Assembly: GCF_001447785.1 (NCBI RefSeq)
Contig: NW_015177015.1
Coordinates: 396,165-460,164, forward strand
Reading direction: 5' to 3'
Length of the DNA: 64,000 nt
Source: Gekko japonicus
Taxonomy: Eukaryota
Shown: positions 1 to 13,740 of the stretch, in pieces
Position numbering within the stretch: the first letter of the stretch is position 1
Layout: each line of letters begins with the position of its first letter
Program-made: the position numbers and the translations under genes
Notes under the pieces: generated by a model
Database searches by the model: none
Seen by the model: the letters and a program-made list of their open reading frames with translations, nothing else
Told to the model about the DNA's origin: nothing

Positions 1-3000
1 CTTTCTTTGCCTGGCTCCTACCTTTTCTTGTCTTTTTCTTCAGAGTAGCATGAGGTAGTCCATGCTTCCTTTGATGTACCAGAAGGAGGCCATGTCCCTA
101 GTAAGTATTCAAAAGACAGCAGCTCTTCCACTTATTAGCACAGCAAATGTTTGCCCTAGATGGAATGGTTGGCCATGGTAAACACCATGTGATCTAGGCC
201 TGCCATTTGCCTGGGGGTGGTGGGCAAACTCCTGCTTCCAGGTGTCAGGCACTGCTAGGGATCTTCACTCCAATGGGAGCAAAAAACAGGGGTGGGGAGC
301 AACATCACAGAATGCTGCAAGATCACCTCTGGTTTGTATGGTAAAAACCATAGAGATGGGTCAGTTCCTAGAGTGTCATGACAATACAAACCAGACATGA
401 CATTGCATTGTTGTGCAACATTTCTCTCTGTCACCCAAATACTCCTATTGGTTGTTAGTGCTGAGAACCTGGTTTCATGTATTCAGATTTGAAGAATACT
501 AAAAACAAAAAATTGCGTATCTGGCACTCACTGTATTAATACAGTGGGATCCCTTCAAAAATAGAGACAGTGTGTGGTCACTGAGGAGCCAAATGTCTAA
601 TAAGTAGGTCTTCCTTTAAGCAAGAGTTAAAAGCAATGGGCTGAGCCCTGGAACGCGTTTTCAGTGTTGTATATGAACTACTATTGATATTGTGTATTTC
701 TTGTTATTCAATTACAGTTTCTGGCTTCTTGTAATTTAAAAATACCCTGAACATGATGATGCATTTTCTGCACATCTTAGCTAATCACTGTTGCTATTCC
801 TGTCCTTTTACACTTTTTTCTTCAGGCGGTATAACAAAAGGACTCGTGTGCCAACTGATCACATTTGTTTGGAATTCCTGGAGTTAGTGATGAAATGATT
901 TGCTGGGATTAACCCCTTTGCTACCTGTTCAACACCAAGAACACTATGGGTCATGACCTGGCTATATTGCGGGTTTAAGGCTTGTGTTTTGTGTACATGG
1001 ATCACTAGAGAGAAGTTTAAACTGGAACTCAGAATGGCAGTAGTGCATTTGTCATCGGAGCCTTTCACTCAACAGGCATTGTTGCAAATATATGAACTGC
1101 CTTATACCAAGTCAGATCACTGGTCCACCTAACTCAGTATTTTCTGTTATGACTGGTAGCAACCATCTAATATTTCAGGCAGAGATTTTTGTCTTTTTCA
1201 GCTCTGTGATCTGGGAGGGTGAGGTATTTTTTCATCAAGGGCTGCTTCATGCCATACATTTTTATATGGAGATAAATTTCAGTGCCAGAAAAAAAACCTA
1301 TTTCACATGTGTAGTGTGATGCATGTGACCATGTGGAATTGTGTACAGAAATGAGGAAGCAGCTCCATGTAACCTGCGTGTCAGAAAGCATAACGTGGGA
1401 AGTGACCCTCAGCTGTTTACCGAGTAGTGTTTTTATTGTGTTTGTCATGACTGACAGCCTGAATTGGCTACATGCCCAAAACACTCTCGTGAGGTATGGA
1501 TGGGTTAACTTTTGATTTTTTCCCCCCAGCATTTCCTTTGCCTGTATGCCAAGCAACAAACGCATTGGAAGGGGTGGGAGGAGAGGGCTATTTAACAAAT
1601 AATTCCTTTATAACTTTTCTTCTCTTCACGGCATGTTTCTTAAGAACTGAGGCTCTCCGGGAGTTACCAGCAAATTTCTACTTTACCACCCATTTTTGTA
1701 CTGAAATACTGCGGAAGAAACGTATTTGTGTGGAGGGCACCTGTTAATTTAAGGCCCAGTTTACACACTGCGCTCAGATGTGGGTAATGATAGCCCAATG
1801 GTCCCTTGAATAAGCTGCTTTGTGTGGGGTGATCAGAATGGAAAGGAGGGGGAGAGTAGGGGGGGCTCTAATGTTTTCATTGCCTACTATTGCCTGATTC
1901 AAATCTCTCTTGGTATCTTTTTCTCCTGTTGGAAAGGGAGGAAATCTGCTGCATGGGGAGTAATCAAGAAAAGGACAGGTGAGGGATGGTCTACACGATG
2001 CCTCCTAAAAGGAGCACTGTTAAGACATATTACCAGGTGAATAGATCCTAAGCAGAGTTACACCTTTCTAAGCTCACTGACTTCGATGGACACAGCATGG
2101 TGACACTGTGTTTAAGGCAGTCACTGTACTGAAAGTGTACTTAGCCCTCAGCTTAACTAGTACGGGATATATAGCATGTGAACAATGGAACAGTCAAGTG
2201 TAAATATTTAATAGTGCTGCACTCTCAAAATGTCCTAACCTCACAAAAAAGGTGGGTTCTTCTCTAATACAGATAGATGTGCAACATCCTGATGCTAAAG
2301 GTATGTATAGTTTTCATACCAATGGAATCGTTTGTACTCAGGATTGCCTTGCCTGGAGATTTGGAGGTGGAGTCTGGGGAGAGGAGGCACCTCTGCATGG
2401 TGAAATGCCACAGAGCGGGTGTGTGTGTATAACATATGGCCTGTCTAGGGCTCTTATTCAGCCCGCAAGCAACTGGTGCAAAGGAAGGAACAGGAGTGTG
2501 GGGGGGGGAGTGGCCAGAGGCACTTCAATCATGGCTTTAGAGTAGCAGAACAACTTCATCTGCAGCAGGCAAGCAGAACACACCACACAGCCCTCTAAAC
2601 AAGCCCAAGCCAGATCCGAGTTTATGTACAAACAAAATACTATTCCTTCTGAAGGCTGGGCAATAGTGTTCCTGTTAATGCAGCTTGAAATAGAATTGAC
2701 CTTCTGTGCCTCGCAGTCACATTGTTGACTCATGAGCAGTTTGTCATCCTCTGAGTGGTTGAGATGCCTAATCATGTCTTTCTGATGTTCTTGTAGGTGT
2801 GAGGGCAGGTTGTTCTCACACCGTATATCTGTGCCCCATTAACACAGCCGCAAGTGGGTATCTGATGATCTATTAGTACATTAGGTAGTCTTTGCTACAT
2901 CACTCCATCTGCGCACTATCAGAGCTGCAGTATTTTGGATGTGGCCATTGGTCCCACTTTAGAGAGCAGCTCTGAAAATGTGAAAGCAGCATCTGCCAAG

Positions 3001-4099
3001 GCTGTGAGGATGCAGGGGTTATGCCAAGCCAGGATGAAAGAAGCATACCATTCTTCCCTGTCCTTCCTTAGACCCCAGCACCACCAACACCCGTACCTCC
3101 TGCTGCCTGTCAATATTGCATTATTCCTGCCTTTCCTTCTCCTTAACTGTTGTTTGAGGGCTCACTTTGTACCTAGATTGCAATAGTAAATTGGCATGGA
3201 AGTGCTATACTGTAGTGTTACTACTTCTGCTGAATACAGAATATAGGCCCCAAACCCAGCAAAAGGTAGTAATGTTTAAATCCTACTGGAATTAATTCGA
3301 TTTTGCTACCACCCATCTTCCCAGGAGCTCAGGGCTGTATATTTGGTTCTCCTTCACCCATTTTATCCTCATAACCCTGTGAAGTGGGTTAGTTAGAGAA
3401 CTAAAGTCACCAAGTGGTTGAGTGGGGAATGAATTGAGGTCTCTCTGATACTGATCCAACACTCCAACTACTATGCCATTTAGGCTCTTTAGGACGAGAT
3501 GTTAGCTGCAAGAAATTCATCCCACTAATTTTAAACAGACATGAGCGTGACTAACGTTTCTGTGTGGGGACATTGTGTCTGATATAACCTTCCATTTTCT
3601 CTTGAACATTACAATATCTGCATATTGGGTGTCACTTTTCTTGCAATATTGCTCCTTGTGAATTGGTATGATCCGGCAGTGGGCTAAGAAATGTGGTCTT
3701 TTCACTTGGATTAATCTAATGTTACCCTTATGTATTAGATGGGCACTATTTGAAGGGATGTTGTATGCCTGAAAGAGTTCTATAGTTTTATGGCATTACT
3801 TGTATGATAAAGTTTTCATAGAGATCCAATGTGAATTACTGGATTTTTTAATCTTAGAAAGAAGCAGTTTAAGAAGTGAATGTTAACATTTAAAAGAATA
3901 ACACAAAGAAGATGGTAACCAAAGCTGCAATCAGATCCAATATAAGTACTTTTAAATCCAATTGATTTCATGGGAAAGGTTCGAACACGTTAAACTTTCA
4001 CACTGGAATCAATGGGACTTTAAAATGCTTATCTGAGCTGGATTATATGCACAAATATGTAAGAATTATCCTTCAGGATCAGCCCAAATGTCCCTTGAG

Positions 4100-4265
4100 C
4101 CTACCTCTCCTCCATTTTATCATCACAACAACCCTGTGAGGTAGGCTAGGCTGAGAGAGTGTGACTGGCCCAAGGTCACCCAGCAAGCTTCCATGGGCAG
4201 AGTGGGGATTTGAACCTGGGTCTCCCAGATCCTAATCAGACACTCTAATCATTGCACCACACTAT
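4100..4265 (-). mobile_element. tRNA-derived squamate SINE (Squam3-like)
   Basis: Reverse copy of the 16685-16915 element; B-box GGTTCAAATCC on the minus strand. Confidence 0.8.
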
Positions 4266-4454
4266 ACCAATGTGAATTCTTTCCCACTGTAAATTTGTTA
4301 TTAACACTGGAAACAATAGAAAGGTAAAAAAAAAAAGAGTTAAGATTCTGTCCAGTAGTATTAGATTTTTCCTGTAAGGAAAAGAAAGGCGGCAGTCTGC
4401 AGATGTCCTCGGTGTATAGTAAATGTAAACTTGATGTAGCAGATTTAATTACAT

Positions 4455-6120
4455 ATTTATTTATTTATTATTTCTATTTGTATCCTGCCTTGCCGGGCAC
4501 GCTGGCTCAAGGCGGCTAACAGAGTTAAAATAATGTAAACAATACAGAGTTAAAACGATTAATAAATACAACACCAAGTTAAACAGCAACAGTTTACAAG
4601 TAAAACCGACAGATGATGGCGATAATCCAAATCACACCCAATGATAGGAGTAGCATCCAGTGAGGTCTCAGGCCAGAAGATGTTCTAGATTTCAGGCCAG
4701 ATGTTCCAGGGCATATTCATCAGTGGCAGCTCCTAATCGAAAGCCTGGTGGAAGAGCTCCATTTTACAGGCCCTGCGGAACTGTAAAAGGTCCCACAGGG
4801 CCCTAATGTCCTCCGGGAGCTCATTCCACCAGTATGGGGCCGCCATTGAGAAAGCCCTGGCTTTGGTGATATTCAGTCTGGCTTCTTTTGTACCAGGGAG
4901 GGTCAAATGATGTTGCGACCCTGACCTCAGTGCTCTCTGGGGCACATGTGGGGAAAGGTGGTCCCTCAAGTAGGCCCCTGACCATATAGGGCTTTAAAGG
5001 TTAAAACCAGCACCTTGAACCGAATCCGGTACGCTATAGGCAGCCAGTGCAGTGTCCTCAACACAGGCTGGATGTGGTCCCATATAGAGAGGCCCATCAA
5101 CAGCCTGGCTGCGGCATTCTGCACTAGCTGCAGCCTCTGGATCTAGGACAAGGGCAGCCCTACATAGAGAGCGCTGCAGTAGTCTAATTTCAAGGTGACC
5201 ATTGTGTGGATCACTGTTGCTAGGTCATTGCGTTCGAGAAAGGGAACCAACTGCCTAATCAGCCATAGGTGGTAAAAGGCCACCTTGGCAGTGACTGCTA
5301 CCTGGGCCTCCATTGTTAAGGAGGCATCCAGGAGCACTCCCAGGCTCCTAATCCTCGGCGCTGGCACCAGTGGTGCCCCACCGAAGTTCAGTAGTGGGAT
5401 CCCTACCCCCGACCCGCTCCGACTCAAGGACAGGACCTCTGTCTTCATTGGATTCAATTTCAATCGACTCAGTCTAAGCCAGTCCACCACATCCTGAAGC
5501 GCCCGCTCCAGGTAATGTGGGTTGGAATCGGATCAGCCGCCCAACAACAGATATACACCCCAGCCCGTGCCTCCAGGGAATCTGGGCGAGGGGGCGCATG
5601 TAGATGTTAAAGCCCAACAACAGATATAGCTGAGTGTCATCAGCGTACTGATGACACGCCAGCCCATGCTTCCAGGGAATCTGGGCAAGGGGGCACATGT
5701 AGATGTTAAACAACATTGGGGATAGCACCGCCCCTTGAGGCACCTCGCACAACAGCAGGTGCCTCTGGGATGTCTGCACCTCTAACGCCACCCTCTGTCC
5801 CCGACCCTGGAGAAAAGAGACAAGCCATTGCAAGGCAAGCCCTTGGATTCCAGTGCTGGCGAGGTGGTGGATCAGTAACTGGTGGTCGATGGTGTCAAAC
5901 GCTGCCGACAGATCCAACACCAGTACCGCTGTACTGCCTCGACCCAGATGCCTTTGGAGGTCATCTGTGAGAGCGACCAGTGCCGTCTCTGTCCCATGAC
6001 CCGGTCGGAAGCCAGACTGAAATGGGTCCAGCATGGAAGTGTCATCCATAAAGCTCTGCAACTGAATCGCCACTGCTGTCTCCAGTACTTTGCCCAAATA
6101 GGGCAAATTGGAAACCGACC
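4455..6120 (-). mobile_element. L2 LINE, 5'-truncated, RT region plus (TAAA)n tail
   Basis: DPFQSGFRPGHGTETAL, LDLSAAFDTIDH, PQGAVLSP, YADDTQLY, LKLNPMKTE, LDYCSAL motifs. Confidence 0.92.
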
Positions 6121-6486
6121 ATCCTTCAGGCAACTTCCAACTCTCTGATTCAAAAAGATCGCCACCATATCCTGCTGTGGGCCTCTGTGCTAGGAAGATA
6201 CATACCCAGGACAAATACATTCCATAGCTCTGCTAAAAGTTTCTATCCATCCCCCAGGTTTTCTTCATGTTGTTAAGAGAGGTGGTAGGTTTGATTGTAT
6301 AGGGCACCACCCTGTGGCATCCCTTGGCATGACATGTGCTTTGGATGAAGCACAACAAATGTAGTAGAGAGCACAAAGGTAGGATGGACTTCCTAATGAC
6401 AAATGGCTCAGCCAGTTATGTGCAGTTTTCCATGACTAGTTCCACAAGAGTATCGATCAAAATATACATTCAGATGCACATTTGGG

Positions 6487-6732
6487 GTTAGATGGATTCA
6501 TGGAGGAGAAGTCCATCAATGACTACCAACAAAGGAGAGTAAAGGAAATCTCCATTTTCAGAGGCAGCAAACCTCTTAATAGCACAGCTAGGAGGCAACA
6601 TCAGGGGACTCCCTTGGCCTCTCTAGTTCTACTTGTTGGCCCTCCAGGGTAATTGGTTGACTGCTGTGTGAAACAGGATGCTGGACTAGATGGACCACTG
6701 GCCTGATCTGGCAGGGTTGGTCTTATGTTTTT
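6487..6732 (+). mobile_element. CR1 LINE 3' end fragment
   Basis: ggatgctggactagatggaccactggcctgatc...tcttatgtt CR1 3' terminal motif. Confidence 0.75.
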
Positions 6733-9700
6733 ATCCAAGTGCACATCTGCTTAACCAATGTGGTGCTGACAGACATCTGTATTCAGATATGCAGTCCACT
6801 GAGGCTAATGGTTAGGTGATCCAGCAAGTGGTACATATCTGGAGAGCTGCTTCTGAGCACAGATCTCCTTATCTGGATCAGGATGTAAGTAGTTATTAAA
6901 CAGGCAAGCTCCCACTAATTATATTGTCAGAATTAGAAAATATTCCTTCTAATATATGTATACTTGGAGAAAGCTAAGTACACCGTGTACAGTTGGAGAC
7001 AGTTAGCCTTTAAAAGCTTCCCCCTGAAATGCTTGTTTTCATGGCATGTCTTTTTTGGGGGGGAGGGGGTACTATTGGCCAGAACCTGTTTCACTGCAGG
7101 GAGGAGCTGAGCCTTGGAATCAGTGCTGTGGCCAAGTCACCTACTGGCCTAGTCCAAGGGCTCAAGGACACCTCCCTCTCATTATGGGGTAATAGCATCA
7201 AAAGGGCATACAAAGAAGTTGCTGAGTCAGGGAATGACAGACATCTCTTATTCCAACGTAGCACTCAAACTGCCTTTGGTCCTTTTATAAGGCATTTGTG
7301 GACACCTGTGACAGATATATATTCATGTATTTTTGTTTGCTGTTCTATCCCAAACACTTCAGAGTAACTAACAAATGGCTCCCAGTAAGGATTCCCCCCA
7401 TCCACGCATTTTAAAGGTTTCTTCAGTAGAACTGCAACATGTAATTCTTCAGGAGAGAAAGCAGAAGACATTCGTTACAAAATCAAATATGTATGCTAGT
7501 CACAAGAAGTTACAATGCAGAGAAAAGCCCAAATGGTTTTTAGTGGCATAATGAAATGCCTGTGTTTTGCAATGGAGCAGACAGTACTAGAAAATCCACT
7601 TAACATTTAGTTCTCATTGAAGTCAATTGACACTGTTTCAAAACACCACAAAGTTGTGTTGATAAGTTCTCAGCTAGAATGCACTGAAGGGCATATTCAG
7701 TTCTGTATTTTCACAAACACCCCATCTTCTGGAGTTATGCTGCTCCTTATTTCAGGATCTGATTTCAGCCATTGTATCCATTCTTACCTTTCATAAAGAT
7801 AATAGTTATCTCCTTCAAGATAATTGTTTGTGTATATTCTAATCAGGAAGAATGTTGGAAATATCCTCTTTGCCCAGCTTTCATTACAAGCCATGCTGAT
7901 CTAACCAATGTACTCTGAAATTGGGTTATAATAAAGTGATAATTGTAGAACTATTTTCAGTGACTTTTAATTTATCATCAACATTTGCTGCAGGTAACAC
8001 CTTGGTAGAGACAATTTCATTTTAGCTCTGTCTTTGTTCTTAATTTGGAAGCAATAGTGAATTACACCTTAAAAAGAAGAGGCTTATGGAGGTATGATTC
8101 TCCGATGTTGCCCCTACTTAAAATAAACAATTATATTGGCTCTAAATTTACAATATGGAAAAGAAGCTTTTGATATCTGGGGCAGAGGGAAACCAATCAC
8201 AGTGAGAAAGAACTGTCTTGATAGTGTTGATTCTCTATGCCAATAGCACATCCTTGACTTAGAACTTTTGTTTTTGTGGCATTCCCCCCCCCCTCCCATC
8301 TACATCGCCCAGAGCTCAGCACAACCTGGGATAGGGCAATTAATGAATTTAATTAACAACAACAACAACAACTGTATTATACTATTTGTTTCTTTTCTAT
8401 TTATCAGAAAGCTCAGATTAAAGTGGTTACTTCTAAGAAGATACAGAAATGCCATTTTGTATATTTTGGGTACATGAACAAAAGAGAGGATTTTGCCTGT
8501 GTAAATGTATACACATTATAATGACTGTTGACAAAGACTTTTCCTATTAATGATGCAGAGAGAAGTAAAGCTTATAGATGGGACTAAATCCTATTGAACT
8601 CAGTGGGACTGACTTCTGAGCAGATATGCATGGGACTTTTTTTTTTTGCTAATGACATCTGTTTTACTCTTGCTGATAGACAGTAAGCTGTATAGGGCTC
8701 TCAGGTCACAATCCGAAGTTCCTGTGTGTGTTTTAACATAGGCACAACAGATGATTATGCCCACTTGTCCATTCCTCCCTGGATCGTATGTACTGTCAGA
8801 TCCTTTTCCCTACCAGCAGTGGGGCAACATGAGACCCTTAATTGCTGCTGCAGGCAGGAGGGCAGGGAGAAGAGGGATGCAGGGAGGAAGAAAAACCACA
8901 CTTCTCTGGGGGGCACTTTTAGGCAAGCAGGAGCTCTGAGCAGCAACATGGCAATCCTAGCCATGGATGAAACATACCCTCAAAGGTCACAAGGTGTCAC
9001 AACTTGTGTGCGCAGGTAACTGAGCTCAAGTTATGTCTCCTGAGTCAAAGGCCTAACAGCATGAAAGGGTTAGTTATGCCCCTGCAAAGTTAATAGGATT
9101 GCAGCGGGGTGGAGAAAGAGGATTGTTGACTGGGTGAGATGCTAAGAGGTGTTTTTAGCCAAGACAGATGCCCTGTGTGAGCCAGGTTCTCTAAGCACTG
9201 ATCTCCTTACACAGGGAGAGACTGTTGCTGAGATGGGAACATTTTTGCTGGGCTACCAGGAGTTTGCAGGAGCAGCTGAGCTTGTCTTGTCATGACTGAA
9301 AGAAACAGCTTTGTCAGATAACCAGCAGGATTTCAACAAGGTTTCCCAGGATAAGGCACAAAGGGAATTCTCCACTGAACCTCACAATTATAACTATTAC
9401 CACAGGCCAGGCCTCATGACCATGAGGACAAGGTGGATTGAAATTTACATGAGAGTAATAGTAAACATGTCTATTTGGAAGTAAGTCCCATTTAATTCAA
9501 TCTTACTTCCAGGAAAGTATTCCTAAGATTGCAGTTAGAGCAGAAGATGTCTAGGTAGGTAATTTTCTTTTTCATATCTTTTTTTGCAATGTCTGAAAAA
9601 TTATGATGCATGCTAGATCACTCTGCTGGTCCCATGCAGTTGCTTCTCTGGGTAGGTGCCATTATGATATTGCATAAACCACTTAACTTCATTTAAAAAT

Positions 9701-11404
9701 TGCAGGTGTTACTGGGACAACCACCAAACAAGAGCAGCAACAGTAATGGATGGGAAGAAACAAATTCAGAGGGTCACATTGAGAGGTTTAGCAAGCCTGA
9801 TAGTGTGTGGGATGCCTATTAAGGAAGAGGGCTAGAATGGAAAGGATATCAGTAGTGCAAAACCTTCAGAGAGTACATGTCTTCCAATATGACTACATGC
9901 AAGTTCCTCTGCTTTTATTGCATTGTGGCTCATCTCCATTTTTCCTCTCCAACAGTTGGTACGTATGACTATAGAAACAGCTTGCACTTGTTTCCTAGCT
10001 AGTCACTTGTTAACAGCCAGTCCTTCTAGTACAGCATTAGACAAGAAGCCATGTATCTTTAAAAGAGAGCAGATGGACCCAACTCTCCTCCACGGAGCCT
10101 CCCTTCAACCTGAGGTGCTCTTCCTCCAATGGAAGAGCCACTTGAGTAGGGAGAAGGCTCCTTAGGCTGGAGGAAGGCTTCAAATTTTGCTCAGTGGAGT
10201 GGTAGGATGGGGTGTGTGGATTGGACCCATCCCAACAGAAAGGGCTATCCCAGCAGAACTAGCTCTTTTTGTCTTGTAAGGTCATGTTCTTCTATATTCT
10301 TCTTCAGCTTGAAAGGAATATCACCTCCAGGATTGCTTGTATGAACAGATTTCAAAGGTCTTGTCAGATTCTCATTTCTCGCTTGATGCCATGCTTTGGC
10401 TTTTCAAAGACCCATTTGTTTTTATCTGCCCCTGTGTTGGTACCTCTTCTGTTCTTCGCTATGGACACTGTGCTACCACTGCTAAGCAACACACAGCATC
10501 TCTGAATTGGGAGACTTAAGGCAAGGCTTATGAATTGAGTTCCCAGGTGTCAGAACAACTATGAGGATCTTTGGAATTAAGTCAGAACTCTTCATGAACA
10601 CTGTACACAATTGTCCTCAGTTTAATATTCTTTGATTTTGTCGAAGAGACCAATTTTAAGGCTATTTACTTTAAGTACACTATAGTTAGAAATTTCATTA
10701 CAGTTCTTATTTGTATCACTAGTAGAAAAAAGCCACCTACTTTAAAAACACAAGAGTATAAGGTTGGAGGGCAAATTAAAATATGACAGTACAAAACAGG
10801 GAGGTCAGTACAAGGTCAGCAAATTCAAAACAGCCATTATTTGAAAATATTCAAATATAACAAAACTATTTGATGCAGTAAATTTCATATTCAGTTGTAG
10901 CATACAACAAAAAGAAGCCACTTGTCCTTCCAACCTTCAGGATATCAATCTCTAGAAGAGTAGAGCCTACATCTAAACCACCAGAATCTGTCAATGATAC
11001 TGTTGGATGGTTGCATCCAGTGTGACTTCCTCATGTAAACTCACAATGTATCTTACAGGCACTTGAGAGTGTTACACTTTGCACAGCCTCCATAGCTCCC
11101 TAGCTGGTATTTCTCTAAATGGTAAGGGAAATATGTGAGGAGAGAGACTTACATACTAGAAGATGGTGGGTGGGGATAACCTTCACCCTACAAGTCCAAC
11201 CCATATCTGGAGTTTTTTCTAAGCATCCTACTGATCCCTGAGAAGCCTATGTAGGTATTTGGCCATAGGCAAGAGGAGCTGTGTTTATCAGTAAGGCCAA
11301 GTCTGTTTCCAGCTGAACTTATTTACCATAAGGTAAAGACTGGCTTCCCCATTCTAGTTTGCCCTCTGAATTGCAAAACACCTTTTCCATCAAATGAAAA
11401 CTTG

Positions 11405-11559
11405 GTGTCCAATGGACTTCCTGAAGTATTCCTGTTCCTCTAATGTTACTGAGTGATTGCCACTGTTAATGTTATTCTGTTACCGTGTCCAATGGACTTC
11501 CTGAAATATTCCTGTTCCTCTAATGTTACTGATTGCCACTGTTAATGTTATTCTGTTAC
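11405..11559. repeat. Two-copy ~80-bp tandem duplication just downstream of the TCEANC2 stop
   Basis: 11405-11484 versus 11485-11559 differ by one substitution and a 4-nt indel. Confidence 0.9.
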
Positions 11560-11639
11560 TCTGAAAGACAGAAGAGGCTCCATATTTCTTTACAGGATGC
11601 AGTCATGCCAACCCCCCAAACCTGTGCCAGGCACCTGAG

Positions 11640-11828
11640 TCACTTCTTGTGGCTTTGTACAAATGTGCTAGGTGACAACATGCCATTTTGGACTTTTGCT
11701 AGAGTTTCAGGCTTGTGCTTTAAAGCAAACACAAGGGCTCGCACGGTCCTGCGGTAGGGCACGTTAATGAGACGGGAAGACAGATGAAAAGCTTCTCGCT
11801 CAATATTTTCCACCAGCGGGTGACCAAT
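11640..11828 (-). CDS. TCEANC2: TCEANC2 last coding exon ([16 protein letters not shown]...FVQSHKK*)
   Basis: CAG acceptor, TGA stop; the four exons total 627 nt = 208 aa. Confidence 0.95.
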   Translation of the reverse strand: MGHPLVENIEREAFHLSSRLINVPYRRTVRALVFALKHKPETLAKVQNGMLSPSTFVQSHKK

Positions 11829-13365
11829 CTGAAAACAGAAAGTAAGAAATAAGATCCTTACGTTTAATAAGGTGACTAACTGTTTGAAATTGGAGGCTGG
11901 TTTCTTAATCAGCTCAAATTCAAGGAAATCCACTTCACATCACAAGTAAAACAGGAAGAGCAATTTAATTTCACTCCAGCAATTAAGGAACAAGGCAGTG
12001 TGGTCAGTCACTTTTTGCCAGCCCAACAGGAAACTAATCTGCAGCCATCCTGGGGTATCATGTTCAAGTGCAATTACAAACGACGTAGCACTGCCTCCAG
12101 TAACACTCTCTGATACAAGACTCTTTTGATAACATTTCAAACTCAGCTCCAAAACCAAATCCTAGATGCTCTAAATACTTGGCAGGATTGACTGGCGGGG
12201 CTGTAAAGGGAAATGTAGACTCTGTGAGCAAATGTAAGGAGGTGTAATTAAGAAAACGGAAAGGGATTTGCTAAATGTTAATTATGAAGTTATTGCTTCA
12301 ACATGTGCCAAGCCATGTAATTTGGCACAGCTGAGACATCTAAATAAATTATATAAAAATAAATGAAAAGGCAACTTCTGCCCACCAAGAAAAGTGTTTA
12401 TTTCTCTTTTTTGCTATTAGTGCCAAGGAATTCTGTAGCTCAGGAGAAGTCAGGATGCTCAAACATTACTATCCTAGTGTTTGTTTCCCCTCCTGTGTGG
12501 TTATTACCGTTTTCTAATCTTACCTGCAGCTTATGCAGGGATTATGCTACAAGTATCCATTGAAGTCACTGACGCTTCTTGCATTCTATAATGTTACATG
12601 TCTGCAGGATTGTGGATTTAGTTCACTTGGTCCAAAGATCACTAAACAATGTCTTTTGAACTTTTCCTACTCCTGTTAAATCATTCTGCCTCTTCCTTTA
12701 CTGATATTATCCCCTGTTCATCTCTGATGGTTCATGAAAATGCATGTAGTCCTTCTCTGTCTTTGTACTAACAGCTCTCGTGGGAAAGATTAAAATAATA
12801 AGATGGCTGCTGTCCCATTCGCTCTTTAAGTTCCCTTTGGATGAGGATGTTCTTTTGCTTGGCCAGCAGTTACACTTATTTAGTCTCATGTTACTGGGAG
12901 CCAGATTCGAGGGATTTCAGCAGAAGGAAATCCCTTACATTTGGGGCTATATAACTAGCCTTGCTCAGTATTTGAAGCTACCCAGCACATTTCATGGCAG
13001 AGTGGGTATTTGAACTCAGAATTCCCAGAACCTAGTACGGCACTCTAACCAGAATACCACACCTGCCTTCTACATGGCCACTATGGATTGTTTTTCATGC
13101 TTCCTGTGCATGTAAGTGCATTTCCAGATGTGGAAAGGGTGGCCCTATATCTCCTTAGTCACTTGTGACTTTTTCACACATGTGCATGTGCAGCAACAGT
13201 AAAATCACAGGACTAGAAGAGCATTGCCGCAGAGGCAATGGATGAAAAGACAGGGAGGTGCAGCACAGCCAACTGTTTACGGCAGCACTAAAGCTAAACT
13301 TAGACGTTTGCATCCAGGTCTTCATTTAAAGAAGGAGAGACCTTGTGGGTGTGTACTGAAGAATT

Positions 13366-13740
13366 TTACAGTTCCACAGGGCCTGTAAGATGGAGCTCTT
13401 CCACCAGGCTTTCAATTAGGAGCTGCCTTAAATACCAAGGAGTGACCCTGTGCCCTGGCTTTACCACCTTCAGCCTGTCTTGCCACATAAATTAGTCGAT
13501 CAAATTGAGCCGATGTTAGAATACCATCAGGACTATCACCTAAGTAGTAGGAATCAGTGCTCTTGCACTTTAATTGAGTATTGTTTCCAGCACTTTAGGA
13601 AAATGGATAATTGACTGTTTTGTTGTTTTATGTATTTTAACTGTACTTATATATGCATTTTTATGTAAGCTGCTCTAAGCCTGCCTTGGTGGGAAAAGCG
13701 GGGTATAAACTGAACAAACAAACAAACAAACAAATAAAAA
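13366..13740 (+). mobile_element. L2 3' end with (CAAA/TAAA)n tail
   Basis: gcctgtaagatggagctcttccaccaggc shared with the other L2 copies; terminal microsatellite. Confidence 0.8.

Noticed and set aside
5474-6220. 248-aa ORF as a host gene
   Set aside because: It is decayed L2 reverse transcriptase with a non-homologous N-terminus.
1-11000. CDCP2 exons expected by synteny
   Set aside because: No CUB-domain or CDCP2 C-terminal sequence was recognised; the gene probably lies upstream of the window.
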